DNA of 64,000 bases from Dehalococcoidia bacterium (lineage in GTDB: Bacteria > Chloroflexota > Dehalococcoidia > Lucifugimonadales > JAGWBF01). The notes beneath the pieces are model-generated. The model had not been told where the DNA came from, ran no database searches, and saw only the letters and a list, made by a program, of their open reading frames with translations. The translations under genes were made by a program, and so were the position numbers. Location: the NCBI GenBank assembly GCA_965237875.1, contig CBDEGP010000001.1, positions 1,051,355 to 1,115,354 on the forward strand. Reading direction: 5' to 3'. Positions 1-8,936 of this stretch are shown piece by piece (within the stretch, counting starts at the first letter, position 1; each line of letters begins with the position of its first letter).

Positions 1-1208
1 CCGGGAGTCGGCGACTCGTAAGTTTCCTGCCCCTCTGCGGCCTCCCCGGGGACGATGAGCATTGAAAAAAGCTGGGGCTGCCCCCATATAGCGTACTCGA
101 TGGCCTTCATCCCGTTCTCCTCGAGGATTCCATCGCATATCCGGCGGTATTCCAGCGTCTTGGATATGGGAAGGGCCACGTGGAGATAGTCAAACGACCT
201 CCATCTGCGCTCCCACCGTACCTTTCTGGGCTGGCCCAGCATCTCCTCTTTGTACCACAGCCCTGACGAATGGCGTTGGTTCCAGTATTCCAGGGTCGGG
301 TCCGGGCCAAGGTCGACGCCCCCATAGCTTTCACATACTTCGAGGCGCCTGCGGGACTGGGCTTCAACCCCTTCCTTGAACCCTTCATGCATCAGATAGA
401 GATAGACCCGGTGGTCGGCATCCTCCGTCAGGTCCACCAAAGAGGGTCTGATTCCCAGGGCCAGGCATTCCGCGACGGCATTGAAACCGGATTCGAAGGA
501 TGGGAATTCCAGCGCCGAGAACAAACGCTCTTCCGGGACTCTGAATACATTAAGCGTAGCCTTGGTGATTACGCCGAAAGCGCCTTCCGAACCGATGAAC
601 AAATGGTTTAGATTAGGGCCGGCTGAGGACTTGGGAACGGCCCTAGTTGTCAGCAGCTCCCCGGTGGGAAGCACGACCTCCAGGGCTGCGACTTGCCGGC
701 CCATGGGGCCGTGGGCCCCGGCCAGGTATCCCACGCCGTTGGTGGATATTGCTCCCCCCACGGTGGCAATAGGGACGCTCCAGGGGTCATGCCCAATCAT
801 TAGACCGTAGGGTTCCAGCGCAGCGCCCACGTCCGCAAGTATCGCTCCCGCCTCGACTACAACGGTCATGTCCTCTGCATTGACGGATATGACGCGGTTG
901 AGGCCTTTCAGGTCCAGGATGACGCCTCCCTGGACCGGTATAGCTCCTCCCATGACTCCGGTCCCTCCTCCGTGGGGGACCACGGGGACCTTATAGCTGC
1001 AGGCGAGGCGCATGACTTGGGACACCTGATCGGCGGACCCGGGTTTGACCACCGCCCAGGCCATGGCGTTGAGAATGTCAGCGTCGTGAAAGACCCTGTG
1101 AGGCGTAAGTGCGTCGCAGGAGTATCGGTCCAGGTCGGCTGCGTCCACCGAAACGTTGTCCTGGCCGCAGACCTCGATCAGCCGGCCCAGAAACTCGGCG
1201 TCAATCAT
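1..1208 (-). CDS. FAD-binding oxidoreductase (GlcD / FAD-linked oxidase family), 3' end runs off the window
   Basis: Absent from the ORF track because it has no in-window stop. My reverse-strand translation from ATG 1208 stays open to base 2. It reads MIDAEFLGRLIEVCGQDNVSVD...VVPHGGGTGVMGGAIPVQGGVILDL...GSEGAFGVITKATL, a FAD_binding_4-type signature. Confidence 0.85.
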   Translation of the reverse strand, partial: MIDAEFLGRLIEVCGQDNVSVDAADLDRYSCDALTPHRVFHDADILNAMAWAVVKPGSADQVSQVMRLACSYKVPVVPHGGGTGVMGGAIPVQGGVILDLKGLNRVISVNAEDMTVVVEAGAILADVGAALEPYGLMIGHDPWSVPIATVGGAISTNGVGYLAGAHGPMGRQVAALEVVLPTGELLTTRAVPKSSAGPNLNHLFIGSEGAFGVITKATLNVFRVPEERLFSALEFPSFESGFNAVAECLALGIRPSLVDLTEDADHRVYLYLMHEGFKEGVEAQSRRRLEVCESYGGVDLGPDPTLEYWNQRHSSGLWYKEEMLGQPRKVRWERRWRSFDYLHVALPISKTLEYRRICDGILEENGMKAIEYAIWGQPQLFSMLIVPGEAAEGQETYESPTP

Positions 1209-1325
1209 GACTGCGGCGGTGGAGCCCAGAATGCAGAACTCTTGTCATAGCGGCGGCAGGCAAACGGGCGGCTCCGTCGGACGGTGGTCCAACAGAGCGG
1301 CCCGGCAGAGTCGCCGTCCTGGTCA

Positions 1326-2687
1326 TCAGCCGTACTTCCAGCGAGTTCCCTGAGAGGTGTCTTCCAGCATGACCCCCAGTTGAGTCAGACGGTCTCGTAT
1401 GGAGTCGGCCATGTTGTATTGCTTCTCCGCCCGCAACTCTGTGCGGACCTGAAGCAGTAGGTCCACGAAGGGGGCCACGTCATTTTCGCCCGCCGACTTG
1501 GGTTTACGAAAGGTAAGCCCAAGCGCTCCGCCCAACTCCCTCAAGCATGCTTGGGCGCCCTCCACGTCGGAGCCTGATTCCCTGGCCCTGTTTATTTCGC
1601 GGGCCAGATCGAACAGGACGGCCAAAGCTTGCGGAGTGTTCAAGTCCGCCTCCATGGCCTCGATGAAGCGGCCCTTCAGGGGCAATGGGTCAAGGATATC
1701 GCCGCCGGTCCCGGCTCCGGGTTCGAGGGCGGCCCTGAGTCGTTCGGCCGCCCGTTCGTTGGCTGTCACACTTTCTTCAGTGTAGTTGACAGGGCGCCGG
1801 TATGATGAACTCAGGAAGGTGATGCGTATGGCGTCCGGTGAGTGCATCTTGAGTCCATCCTCCAGAGAAACCAGGTTCCCCAGAGATTTGCTCATCTTGT
1901 CGTCGCCCATCTGAAGCAGCCCGTTATGCACCCAAAACCTGGCGAAGGGCCTGACCCCGGTATAGGACTCACTCTGGGCGGCCTCGTTCTCATGGTGAGG
2001 GAAAATCAGGTCCTGGCCCCCTCCATGAATGTCGATAGTCTCTCCGAGGTACTCCATCGACATGGCGGTGCATTCGATGTGCCAACCCGGCCGTCCCGGT
2101 CCCCACGGGCTTTCCCACGAAGGTTCTCCCGGCTTGGCCCCCTTCCAGAGGGCAAAGTCCATGGGGTCTTCCTTTCCTTCACCGGGCTCGACTCTGGCGC
2201 CGGACAGCATTCCGTCCAAGCTGCGGTGACTCAGAGAGCCGTAACCCTCCGACTTGGCGACCCGGAAATACACGTCACCAGTGGCTGCATAGGCGTAGTC
2301 CTTGTCAATCAGGGACCCGATGATTTCGATCATCCGGGGTATCTCTCTCGTGGCTCGCGGGTATACGTTGGCCCGTTGGACGTTGAGGGCGTCCATGCTG
2401 TTCATGAAGTCCTGGATGTGGATTTCAACCAGTTCTTCAAAGTCGATTCCCTCTTTTTCCGACCTCTGTATGATCTTATCGTCAATGTCCGTGAAGTTCT
2501 GGACGTGCTCCACCGCGTATCCCTTGTATTCAAGATACCGGCGCAGCGTGTCGAAGATGACGTAGCTCATGGCGTGTCCCATGTGGGCCGGGGCGTAGGG
2601 GGTGATCCCGCAGACGTACATCTTGACCGTGTCGCCCGCCGGTGAAAACTCTTGCTCCATGCCGCTCTGGGTGTTGAAGAGCTTCAC
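1326..2687 (-). CDS. cysS: cysteine--tRNA ligase
   Basis: ORF 1326..2921. It has a HIGH-type motif (PYAPAHMGHA) and KMSKS (DDKMSKSLGN). I trimmed the start to GTG 2687, which has GGAGGA 7 nt upstream and overlaps the ispF stop as GTGA. The upstream 78 codons lie inside ispF in another frame. Confidence 0.93.
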   Translation of the reverse strand: MKLFNTQSGMEQEFSPAGDTVKMYVCGITPYAPAHMGHAMSYVIFDTLRRYLEYKGYAVEHVQNFTDIDDKIIQRSEKEGIDFEELVEIHIQDFMNSMDALNVQRANVYPRATREIPRMIEIIGSLIDKDYAYAATGDVYFRVAKSEGYGSLSHRSLDGMLSGARVEPGEGKEDPMDFALWKGAKPGEPSWESPWGPGRPGWHIECTAMSMEYLGETIDIHGGGQDLIFPHHENEAAQSESYTGVRPFARFWVHNGLLQMGDDKMSKSLGNLVSLEDGLKMHSPDAIRITFLSSSYRRPVNYTEESVTANERAAERLRAALEPGAGTGGDILDPLPLKGRFIEAMEADLNTPQALAVLFDLAREINRARESGSDVEGAQACLRELGGALGLTFRKPKSAGENDVAPFVDLLLQVRTELRAEKQYNMADSIRDRLTQLGVMLEDTSQGTRWKYG

Positions 2688-3193
2688 CGCGCTTCCTCCG
2701 AGGGCGGAGGGTCCGCCTCTTCCAGAAGGGCCACTGCGTAGGCCGCCATTCCCTCCTCCCTTCCGACAAAGCCAAGATGGTCCGTGGTGGTGGGCTTTAT
2801 GCTCACGTCGGTCAAAGGGATAGACAGGGAACCGCTGATTCTGGCGCTCATTTCGGAAACAAGAGGCCCCAGCCTGGGCCTCTGAGCCAGTATTGTAGCA
2901 TCCACGTTGACGATGCGCCAACCGGCCCGCCGGACAAGCTCGGCCGTCTGGGAAAGAAGGGTCAGGGACGAGACGCCTTTCAACGATTCATCGCCGGACG
3001 GAAAGTGGGTCCCTTTGTCCCCAAGGGCGGCGGCGCCAAGAAGAGCGTCCATTATGGCGTGCGCCAAGACGTCTCCATCGCTGTGGCCTGAAAGCCCCTT
3101 GTCGAAGGGTGCGTAAACCCCGCCAAGCACCAGGTCTCGCCCCTCCACGAGCGGATGGGCGTCGAAACCGACCCCGACCCTAGAGCGGGCCAT
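2684..3193 (-). CDS. ispF: 2-C-methyl-D-erythritol 2,4-cyclodiphosphate synthase
   Basis: 169 aa with the GVGFDAHPL and GHSDGDVLAHA motifs. It overlaps ispD by 14 nt. Confidence 0.95.
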   Translation of the reverse strand: MARSRVGVGFDAHPLVEGRDLVLGGVYAPFDKGLSGHSDGDVLAHAIMDALLGAAALGDKGTHFPSGDESLKGVSSLTLLSQTAELVRRAGWRIVNVDATILAQRPRLGPLVSEMSARISGSLSIPLTDVSIKPTTTDHLGFVGREEGMAAYAVALLEEADPPPSEEAR

Positions 3194-3926
3194 TGGCGCT
3201 GCGCCGGGCGTGGCCTGCCCGTAAGAATGTTTCGGCTACGGCCATGTCTTCCGGGGTCGTAACCTTCAGGTTTTCATAGGAGCCCATGAAAACTTTCACA
3301 GCGCCCCCCATACGCTCCACCAAGGCCGCGTCGTCGGTGACGGTGACGCCGGGCGGACAGGAGTCGTGGGCTTTAATCAGCAAGCCCCAGTCGAAGACCT
3401 GGGGCGTTTGGACCATCCATAGGCTCTCGCGGGGAGGCGTATTCTCAACGAACCGGCCTAGCGAGACTGTCTTTATGGTGTCCTTGGCTGGGACCGCCGC
3501 TATAGCCGCCCCCGTCTCCTTAACGGCCTCCAGCGCCCGTTCCATCATGTCGGGAGCGACACAGGGCCTGGCGCCGTCGTGGACTGCGACCCATTGGCAT
3601 CCGGACCTGTCGGCGTTTTCCAATCCATTTCGCACCGAGTCCTGACGGCGGGCGCCGCCCTTGCATACATGGTCAGGGGTGAGCTTTGACCAACCCATGT
3701 CCCTCGTCATGGCCCTGCCGGCTTCCAGGGCGCTTTCGGACAAGACCAGGGTTATGGAGCCGACGCATGGCATTTCCTGGAATGCGTTGATGGTGTGGGC
3801 AATGAGAGGGATGCCCATGATCGGAGTGAAAATCTTGTCAACGCCGGACATGCGCCTGCTCTCACCGGCGGCCGCAAGTATGACGGCAACGGCGCCGTCG
3901 GAAAGTTGTTCCCGGTCGGCGGCCAA
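3180..3926 (-). CDS. ispD: 2-C-methyl-D-erythritol 4-phosphate cytidylyltransferase
   Basis: 248 aa with the VILAAAGESRRM nucleotide-binding motif. TTG start. Its position immediately upstream of ispF matches many monoderms. Confidence 0.92.
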   Translation of the reverse strand: MAADREQLSDGAVAVILAAAGESRRMSGVDKIFTPIMGIPLIAHTINAFQEMPCVGSITLVLSESALEAGRAMTRDMGWSKLTPDHVCKGGARRQDSVRNGLENADRSGCQWVAVHDGARPCVAPDMMERALEAVKETGAAIAAVPAKDTIKTVSLGRFVENTPPRESLWMVQTPQVFDWGLLIKAHDSCPPGVTVTDDAALVERMGGAVKVFMGSYENLKVTTPEDMAVAETFLRAGHARRSANGPL

Positions 3927-3928
3927 AT

Positions 3929-4795
3929 CTACCCCGCCTTGGGATTAGCGAATATGATGCGCCCGGCGGCCGTCTGGAGGACTCTTGTCACCGTAACGTC
4001 CTGCAGGCTGTTGATGTATCTCCGCCCGCCATCCACAACCACCATGGTCCCGTCGTCCAGGAACGCCACTCCCTGTCCTATCTCCTTGCCTTCCTGCACG
4101 ATGTTGACGGTCAGGTCTTCCCCGGGAAGGACGGAGGGCCTCAGTGCGTTGGCCAAGTCGTTGACGTTGAGGACCTGGATTCCCTGGACTTCTGCAACCC
4201 TGTTCAGGTTGAAGTCGGTGGTCATTATGGGGGAGTCCATGCTCTTGGCCATTCTGACCAATTGCCCGTCCACGTCGGACCCCGGAGAGAGGCTCACGTC
4301 CACCACCTGAATGGGTATCGAGGTCTCTCTGCGCAGCTTGGCCAACACTTCCAGGCCGCGACGGCCTCGTGTCCGGCGCATGGAGTCTGAGGAGTCGGCG
4401 ATGTGGCGGAGCTCGTCCAGGATGAATGAAGGTATGATGAGCTTCCCCTGGATGAATCCGGTGAGGCCCAGGTCTGCGATCCTGCCGTCGATAATGGCGC
4501 TGGTGTCGATCAGAATCTGCCCAGCGCCGCCAGCCTGGTCTCCGTCGGCGTTCGACTGGAATACGCCGGGCATGTCACCCGATCGAGCCACGCCTATCAG
4601 CAGGCCCAGAAGCCCAAGGGATGCGCTTACGGCCAAGGGGACGCCCCAGGACATCCAGCCTTCCAGTCTGAACAAGGGTATCGAGATGAGGACGGCCACC
4701 ACCAGCCCGGCCACCAGCCCGAGAGCGCCTGAAACGAGGGTGGAAGTGGGCACGCGGCCAAGGCCGTGCACTGTTCTGGAAACAGGTTTGAACAT
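3929..4795 (-). CDS. membrane-anchored PIN/TRAM domain protein (YacL-like)
   Basis: N-terminal TM helices, a PIN-like core (QILIDTSAIIDGRI) and a C-terminal TRAM-like segment (LTVNIVQEGKEIGQGVAFLDDGTMVVV). It sits upstream of ispD as B. subtilis yacL does. The start is uncertain: ATG 4795 (used here) or TTG 4834. Confidence 0.8.
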   Translation of the reverse strand: MFKPVSRTVHGLGRVPTSTLVSGALGLVAGLVVAVLISIPLFRLEGWMSWGVPLAVSASLGLLGLLIGVARSGDMPGVFQSNADGDQAGGAGQILIDTSAIIDGRIADLGLTGFIQGKLIIPSFILDELRHIADSSDSMRRTRGRRGLEVLAKLRRETSIPIQVVDVSLSPGSDVDGQLVRMAKSMDSPIMTTDFNLNRVAEVQGIQVLNVNDLANALRPSVLPGEDLTVNIVQEGKEIGQGVAFLDDGTMVVVDGGRRYINSLQDVTVTRVLQTAAGRIIFANPKAG

Positions 4796-5031
4796 GGGTG
4801 AAGGTGCGGTTTGCGCTCCCGACAGTATAGTCAATGGTTATTGCAGCATCAGGACCGCCTTGAGCGTCCGGCGCCCTTCATGCCGGCGCCCATGCCGCTC
4901 AGTGGAGCCATCCCGTACGCCAAGGGCTGTGACGTAAGAATACCATAGCACTGAAACGCGGAGAAGGCCGGAAGGCGCTTGTAATTTCCGCTTTTCCCGG
5001 CGCCCTGCGTAAACGTCCGACCGTGGTACAT

Positions 5032-5850
5032 TCAAGTCGATGCGCCCACGGTCACGGGCGTCCCGACTCCCGCCTTCAGCTCCTCAGCGGCGCTGCCGTT
5101 CTTGACCGCCACTTCCAGGTAACCGGCGCTGCCTATCAAGGCCGCCAAGCGGCCGCCGTGGGCATAGTACAGTGAGAGCCTGTCTATGACTCTGCCGCAT
5201 ACCTCGACGCGGACTTGGCGCCAACCGGCCAGGTCCTTTTCGCGTATGTTGGTCACCATGTTGCCGAACCTGTCCACGTAGACCACTTGTCCCCGCAGCC
5301 CGGCGTCTTGTTTGAGAGGACCGGGGAACGGGAGCCGTATGATTTCGGCAACCTCCGGCCCCAGGTCATCGGGAGGGACTCCCAGGGAGAGGTGAGCTGC
5401 AACCGGAGCGAATACGTCTCTGCCGTGGAACGTGGCGCTGACGGGCGTCAGCATGTACTTGGGGTTTGTGATGCGATAGGCTCTCCATCCTTGCGGTAAG
5501 CGATGCTTGCCTGGGGTTTCTATTTCGGAGTTCTCGCCCGCCGCCAGGCTGAACATGCCGTTGTCCGGTCCCACGAAATATCCAGCGGGTCCGGACAGGG
5601 CCAGGGCGTCCCGTGAGGAGCCGACGCCCGGGTCCACGACCCCGACGTGAATGGCGTCCTTGGGAAAGAATTTGACGCTTGAGCCCAACACGAAGGCGCC
5701 TTGCCGGACGTCCTGGGGTGAGACCTGGTGGGAAATGTCTACAACGGACGCCGCCGGGTTGATCCCATAAATCACACCCTTCATAACGCCAACGTAGTTG
5801 TCGGACATCCCGAAATCGGTGGTGAATGTGATGAGGCCGGAAGACCCCAC
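5032..5850 (-). CDS. SAM hydroxide adenosyltransferase-like protein (DUF62, chlorinase/fluorinase family)
   Basis: 272 aa. The N-terminus ITFTTDFGMSDNYVGVMKGVI is typical of the family. GTG start with GGAGGA 5 nt upstream. Confidence 0.85.
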   Translation of the reverse strand: MGSSGLITFTTDFGMSDNYVGVMKGVIYGINPAASVVDISHQVSPQDVRQGAFVLGSSVKFFPKDAIHVGVVDPGVGSSRDALALSGPAGYFVGPDNGMFSLAAGENSEIETPGKHRLPQGWRAYRITNPKYMLTPVSATFHGRDVFAPVAAHLSLGVPPDDLGPEVAEIIRLPFPGPLKQDAGLRGQVVYVDRFGNMVTNIREKDLAGWRQVRVEVCGRVIDRLSLYYAHGGRLAALIGSAGYLEVAVKNGSAAEELKAGVGTPVTVGAST

Positions 5851-5865
5851 GCTGTCCTCCGAAGT

Positions 5866-6075
5866 CTAGGCGAAACGGACGCTGATGATGGACATTATCA
5901 GAAAAACCACCGCCAGGACGATGGTGAACTGGAACAGGGTCTTCTCCAGCCCGCGCCTGGTGCGAAAGGTGGACTGGGCGTTCCCAAAGAACCCCGACCC
6001 GCTTTCACGGACCTGCATGAGTATGACTCCCACGAGAATGACGGACACCAGGACTTGAGCGAGTTCAAGAGCCAA
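5866..6075 (-). CDS. secG: preprotein translocase subunit SecG
   Basis: 69 aa. Two hydrophobic helices flank LMQVRESGSGFFG (the Gly-rich SecG loop). TTG start. Confidence 0.8.
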   Translation of the reverse strand: MALELAQVLVSVILVGVILMQVRESGSGFFGNAQSTFRTRRGLEKTLFQFTIVLAVVFLIMSIISVRFA

Positions 6076-6081
6076 TTCGAA

Positions 6082-7599
6082 TCACACCCGTTCCGATTTT
6101 ATTGCTTTCAGCTTAGCGTCTACCAGAGAGGCGACCAGGTCGGGCTTGCTCTGCCCTCTCGTAGCCTTCATCACCTGGCCGACCAGGTATTTTGCGGCGT
6201 TCTCTTTGCCTTTCAGGTAGTCGCCCACGGCCTGTGGGCTGTTCTTGACGGCTTCTTCCACGGCCGCATCCAGCGCCGACGAATCACTAATCTGGACGTA
6301 GCCGCGCTGCTTGACGACGGCGCCTGGGCTTGCGCCTGTGTTGAAAGCCTCCTCCAGCACGGTTTTGGCCAGGCTGGAGCTCAAGGCCCCGTCGTCGATC
6401 AGTTCCATGAGCTCGCGCATCCGCTCCGGCGGGAACCTGGACTCGGAAATGTCCACCCCGTCCAGGTTGAGCAGCCTCCCCAACTCGACCAGAATCCAGT
6501 TGCACAGACCCTTGGCCCTGGAGCGGAGTCCCTCTCCGGTCAATGGGCCGGCAGCCAGGGCCGCTTCGAAGTAATCTGCGGTCGCCCTTGAGGCGGTCAG
6601 GAGCCCAGCGTCGTATTCCGACAGGCCGAACTCGTCCATGAACCTGCTGCGCCTGAGTGCGGGCAGCTCGGGCAGAGAGGACTCCAGCGATTCAATCCAC
6701 GAGGCGTCAAGCGACAGCGGAGGAAGGTCCGGCTCCGGGAAATACCGGTAGTCGTGGGCTTGCTCTTTGCTCCGCTGGGATACGGTAATCTCCCGCCCCT
6801 CGACCCAGCCTCGGGTCTCCTGTGTGACCCTGGCGCCGTCGTGGAGGACTTGAACCTGCCGCTCAGTCTCGTACTTGAGGGCGTTGTAGACGGCCCTGAA
6901 GCTGTTCATGTTCTTGACTTCGACTTTTTGGCCCAGCTCTGTCGCGCCTACGGGACGGACGCTGATGTTGGCGTCGCACCGGAAGTTGCCGTCCTGCATG
7001 TTTCCCGTGGTTACGCCAAGGTACTGGAGTATGGAATGGATGCTTGTCAGGTAGCTGCGCGCTTCCTCGGGCGTCCGCATGTCGGGCTCGCTTACTATCT
7101 CCATCAGGGGAACGCCGGAGCGGTTCACGTCCACCAGGCTATACGCCTCACCCGAACTGTCGCGCAGGTGGATGAGCTTGGCGACGTCCTCTTCCAGGTG
7201 GACTCTGGTTATACCGACCCTGGTCGTTTTCCCGGCGGCTTCCAGCCCGGCGGCTTCCAGGTCGAGAAAGCCTCCGACGGCTATGGGCATGTCATACTGG
7301 GATATCTGGTAGCCCTTCATAAGGTCGGGATAGGGATAATTCTTACGGTCGAACTTGGTGTATCGAGAAACAGTGCAGTTGAGGGCCAGGCCGGTCATCA
7401 TCGTCAACTCCAGGGCGCGCTTATTGATGACGGGCAACGTTCCCGGCGCTCCCAGGCATACCGGGCACACCAGCGTGTTGGGTCCAGCGGCCTGGTAGTC
7501 AGCCCTGCATGAGCAGAACATCTTGCTCTGAGTGAGGAGCTGTACATGGACCTCTAGACCTATGACGGTCTCGTAGTCTGTGGTTGTGGATGCGGTCAT
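6082..7599 (-). CDS. gatB: Asp-tRNA(Asn)/Glu-tRNA(Gln) amidotransferase subunit B
   Basis: VIGLEVHVQLLTQSKMFCSC N-terminus and a C-terminal GatB/YqeY-type tail. I prefer ATG 7599 to the TTG 7620 used by the ORF track. Confidence 0.93.
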   Translation of the reverse strand: MTASTTTDYETVIGLEVHVQLLTQSKMFCSCRADYQAAGPNTLVCPVCLGAPGTLPVINKRALELTMMTGLALNCTVSRYTKFDRKNYPYPDLMKGYQISQYDMPIAVGGFLDLEAAGLEAAGKTTRVGITRVHLEEDVAKLIHLRDSSGEAYSLVDVNRSGVPLMEIVSEPDMRTPEEARSYLTSIHSILQYLGVTTGNMQDGNFRCDANISVRPVGATELGQKVEVKNMNSFRAVYNALKYETERQVQVLHDGARVTQETRGWVEGREITVSQRSKEQAHDYRYFPEPDLPPLSLDASWIESLESSLPELPALRRSRFMDEFGLSEYDAGLLTASRATADYFEAALAAGPLTGEGLRSRAKGLCNWILVELGRLLNLDGVDISESRFPPERMRELMELIDDGALSSSLAKTVLEEAFNTGASPGAVVKQRGYVQISDSSALDAAVEEAVKNSPQAVGDYLKGKENAAKYLVGQVMKATRGQSKPDLVASLVDAKLKAIKSERV

Positions 7600-7670
7600 G
7601 AGTCTAAGCCAGTATAACAATTGGGTGTTGGGGCTTACAATTCCTCAGCCTTACCATTTTGGGCCTTAGC

Positions 7671-7705
7671 GTGTTGGGGCCGTCTTGAGTGTTGGGCCGT
7701 CTTGA
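7671..7705 (+). repeat. tandem repeat GTGTTGGG(G)CCGTCTTGA x 2
   Basis: An 18-nt and a 17-nt copy that differ by one G. More TTGGG motifs lie nearby, in the pcm/gatB spacer. Confidence 0.85.
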
Positions 7706-7720
7706 CTATTGGGCAATGAG

Positions 7721-8395
7721 TCACCGGTTGTCCTGAGGGCCGGCGTCCAGGCGATTGGGATGCCAGGCTTCATTGCCCACCAGCGGCACGAAGCGGCACG
7801 CCCCAAGAACGCGCACGTTGTACCCCTCTCCGGTCCTGTCCACCTTCATCAGAGTCTGTTCGTCCAGGTTCCCGATGGGTATGACCATGCGGCCTCCCAA
7901 AGAGAGCTGAGAAATGAGGGAATGAGGCAGTTTGGGCGCGCCGGCGGACACTATGATGGCGTCGAACGGGGCCTTGTCAGGGCAGCCCAGTTCCGCGGAA
8001 GCCAGCCCGACCTCCAGATTGGCATACCCCAAGGCGTCCAGTCGTTCTCTGGCTTGACTCTCCAGGTCAGGCATGATTTCCACGGACAGGACCTTCCCCC
8101 TCGGCGCCATCTCGGCCAGAATGGCGGCTTCATACCCGCTTCCCGTGCCCAATTCCATGATCGACTCGGTTCCCCGCAAGTCCAAGAGGCTAACCATCAT
8201 GGCAACGATGTAGGGTTGGGAGATGGTCTGCCCCGATCCTATGGGCAAGGGGATGTCTGCATAGGCCAGATGCCGGGTTGCGTCAGGCACAAACATCTCA
8301 CGCGAGACCTTGTACATGGCGTCGACCACTTTGTCGTCGCGCAGCTCCCTGCGGAGCTTTTCCAGCAGTCTGTTCTTATCGCGTTCCAGGTCCAC
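7721..8395 (-). CDS. pcm: protein-L-isoaspartate O-methyltransferase
   Basis: GQTISQPYIVAMM and the ELGTGSGYEAA SAM-binding motifs. The start is uncertain. GTG 8395 has GGGAGG upstream and gives a typical ~224 aa; the ORF extends to 8509. Confidence 0.85.
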   Translation of the reverse strand: MDLERDKNRLLEKLRRELRDDKVVDAMYKVSREMFVPDATRHLAYADIPLPIGSGQTISQPYIVAMMVSLLDLRGTESIMELGTGSGYEAAILAEMAPRGKVLSVEIMPDLESQARERLDALGYANLEVGLASAELGCPDKAPFDAIIVSAGAPKLPHSLISQLSLGGRMVIPIGNLDEQTLMKVDRTGEGYNVRVLGACRFVPLVGNEAWHPNRLDAGPQDNR

Positions 8396-8628
8396 TCCCC
8401 GCCCCTCCCAAGCTCCATGATAGCATCCGCAGCCGATTCGCCTCAATTCCTGGCACACCATGTCGGCGCCCAACGGTCCGAGGCGCATGGCGGGGCAGGG
8501 CCTTTTCATTCTCGGCAGTCGTCAACGTAGTCCGTTCGTGGTGAGCAACGTTATGCCCCGGGGCCGGGGCTGAGCAACAGCGAATAGCTGAAAGCGTTTG
8601 CGTGACAGCATGTTGAAAGGCGGTGCAT

Positions 8629-8655
8629 CTGGATTCCGGCCTCCGCCGGAAAGAC
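8629..8655 (+). repeat. 27-nt repeat CTGGATTCCGGCCTCCGCCGGAAAGAC
   Basis: 26/27 identical to 59570..59596. It contains the TTCCGGC/GCCGGAA hairpin. Confidence 0.8.
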
Positions 8656-8680
8656 GTATGCGGGGCTGTGTCATGTCGTA

Positions 8681-8701
8681 GGGGCGACCGGTGGTCGCCC
8701 C
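8681..8701. repeat. palindrome GGGGCGACC-ggt-GGTCGCCCC
   Basis: A 9-bp perfect inverted repeat in the 427-bp pcm/haem-cluster spacer. Confidence 0.7.
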
Positions 8702-8830
8702 GGCCCATTCGAGAGCAGTTAGTTGAAAGTTTGTCGAACCATGAGCGGACGGCCCTTCCAGGCCCAGGGTGAACGGAAAGGGCGCTGGCATGGAGAAAAT
8801 GAAAAGGCCCTGCATGGCGGGGCCGTGTCG

Positions 8831-8860
8831 TTGACCCTTAAAAGCGCCCTGTGCTAACCT
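8831..8860 (+). promoter_or_regulatory. candidate promoter of the haem cluster (TTGACC-18-TGCTAACCT)
   Basis: A -35-like TTGACC at 8831..8836 and an extended -10-like TGcTAACCT at 8852..8860, 77 nt upstream of ATG 8937. Confidence 0.35.
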
Positions 8861-8936
8861 AGCCCTAGCGAGTGAAACCGGTACGGCGCGCCCCGCATAA
8901 CGGGCCTGCACCTATCAGCCCACGGGAGATCGAAGG

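Noticed and set aside
4849-5031. 60-aa ORF starting immediately after the DUF62 stop (TGAATG) with a Gly/Ala/Met-rich tail; also 4838..5035
   Set aside because: Third-position GC is gene-like and the stop-start juxtaposition is suggestive. However, there is no RBS, no recognisable motif and no paralog, so I cannot support it from sequence alone. Ribo-seq or conservation analysis could rescue it.
6061-6090. TTCGAATC (T-loop-like) string, plus a general scan of all spacers for tRNA/ncRNA genes
   Set aside because: The string lies at the secG start / gatB stop junction, with no acceptor or anticodon stems around it. No spacer showed a cloverleaf-compatible arrangement or a riboswitch core I can recognise. 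In particular, there is no B12 or SAM riboswitch upstream of the MetE-like operon, whose leader is under 160 nt and AT-rich.
8376-8911. ORFs 8376..8708 and 8522..8911 (minus) and 38393..38713 / 38739..38999 in repeat-filled spacers
   Set aside because: Their peptides are simply translations of the REP/MITE-like repeats (for example GRGDHRSPLRH and VIPSAARNL-type strings). This is not credible coding sequence.
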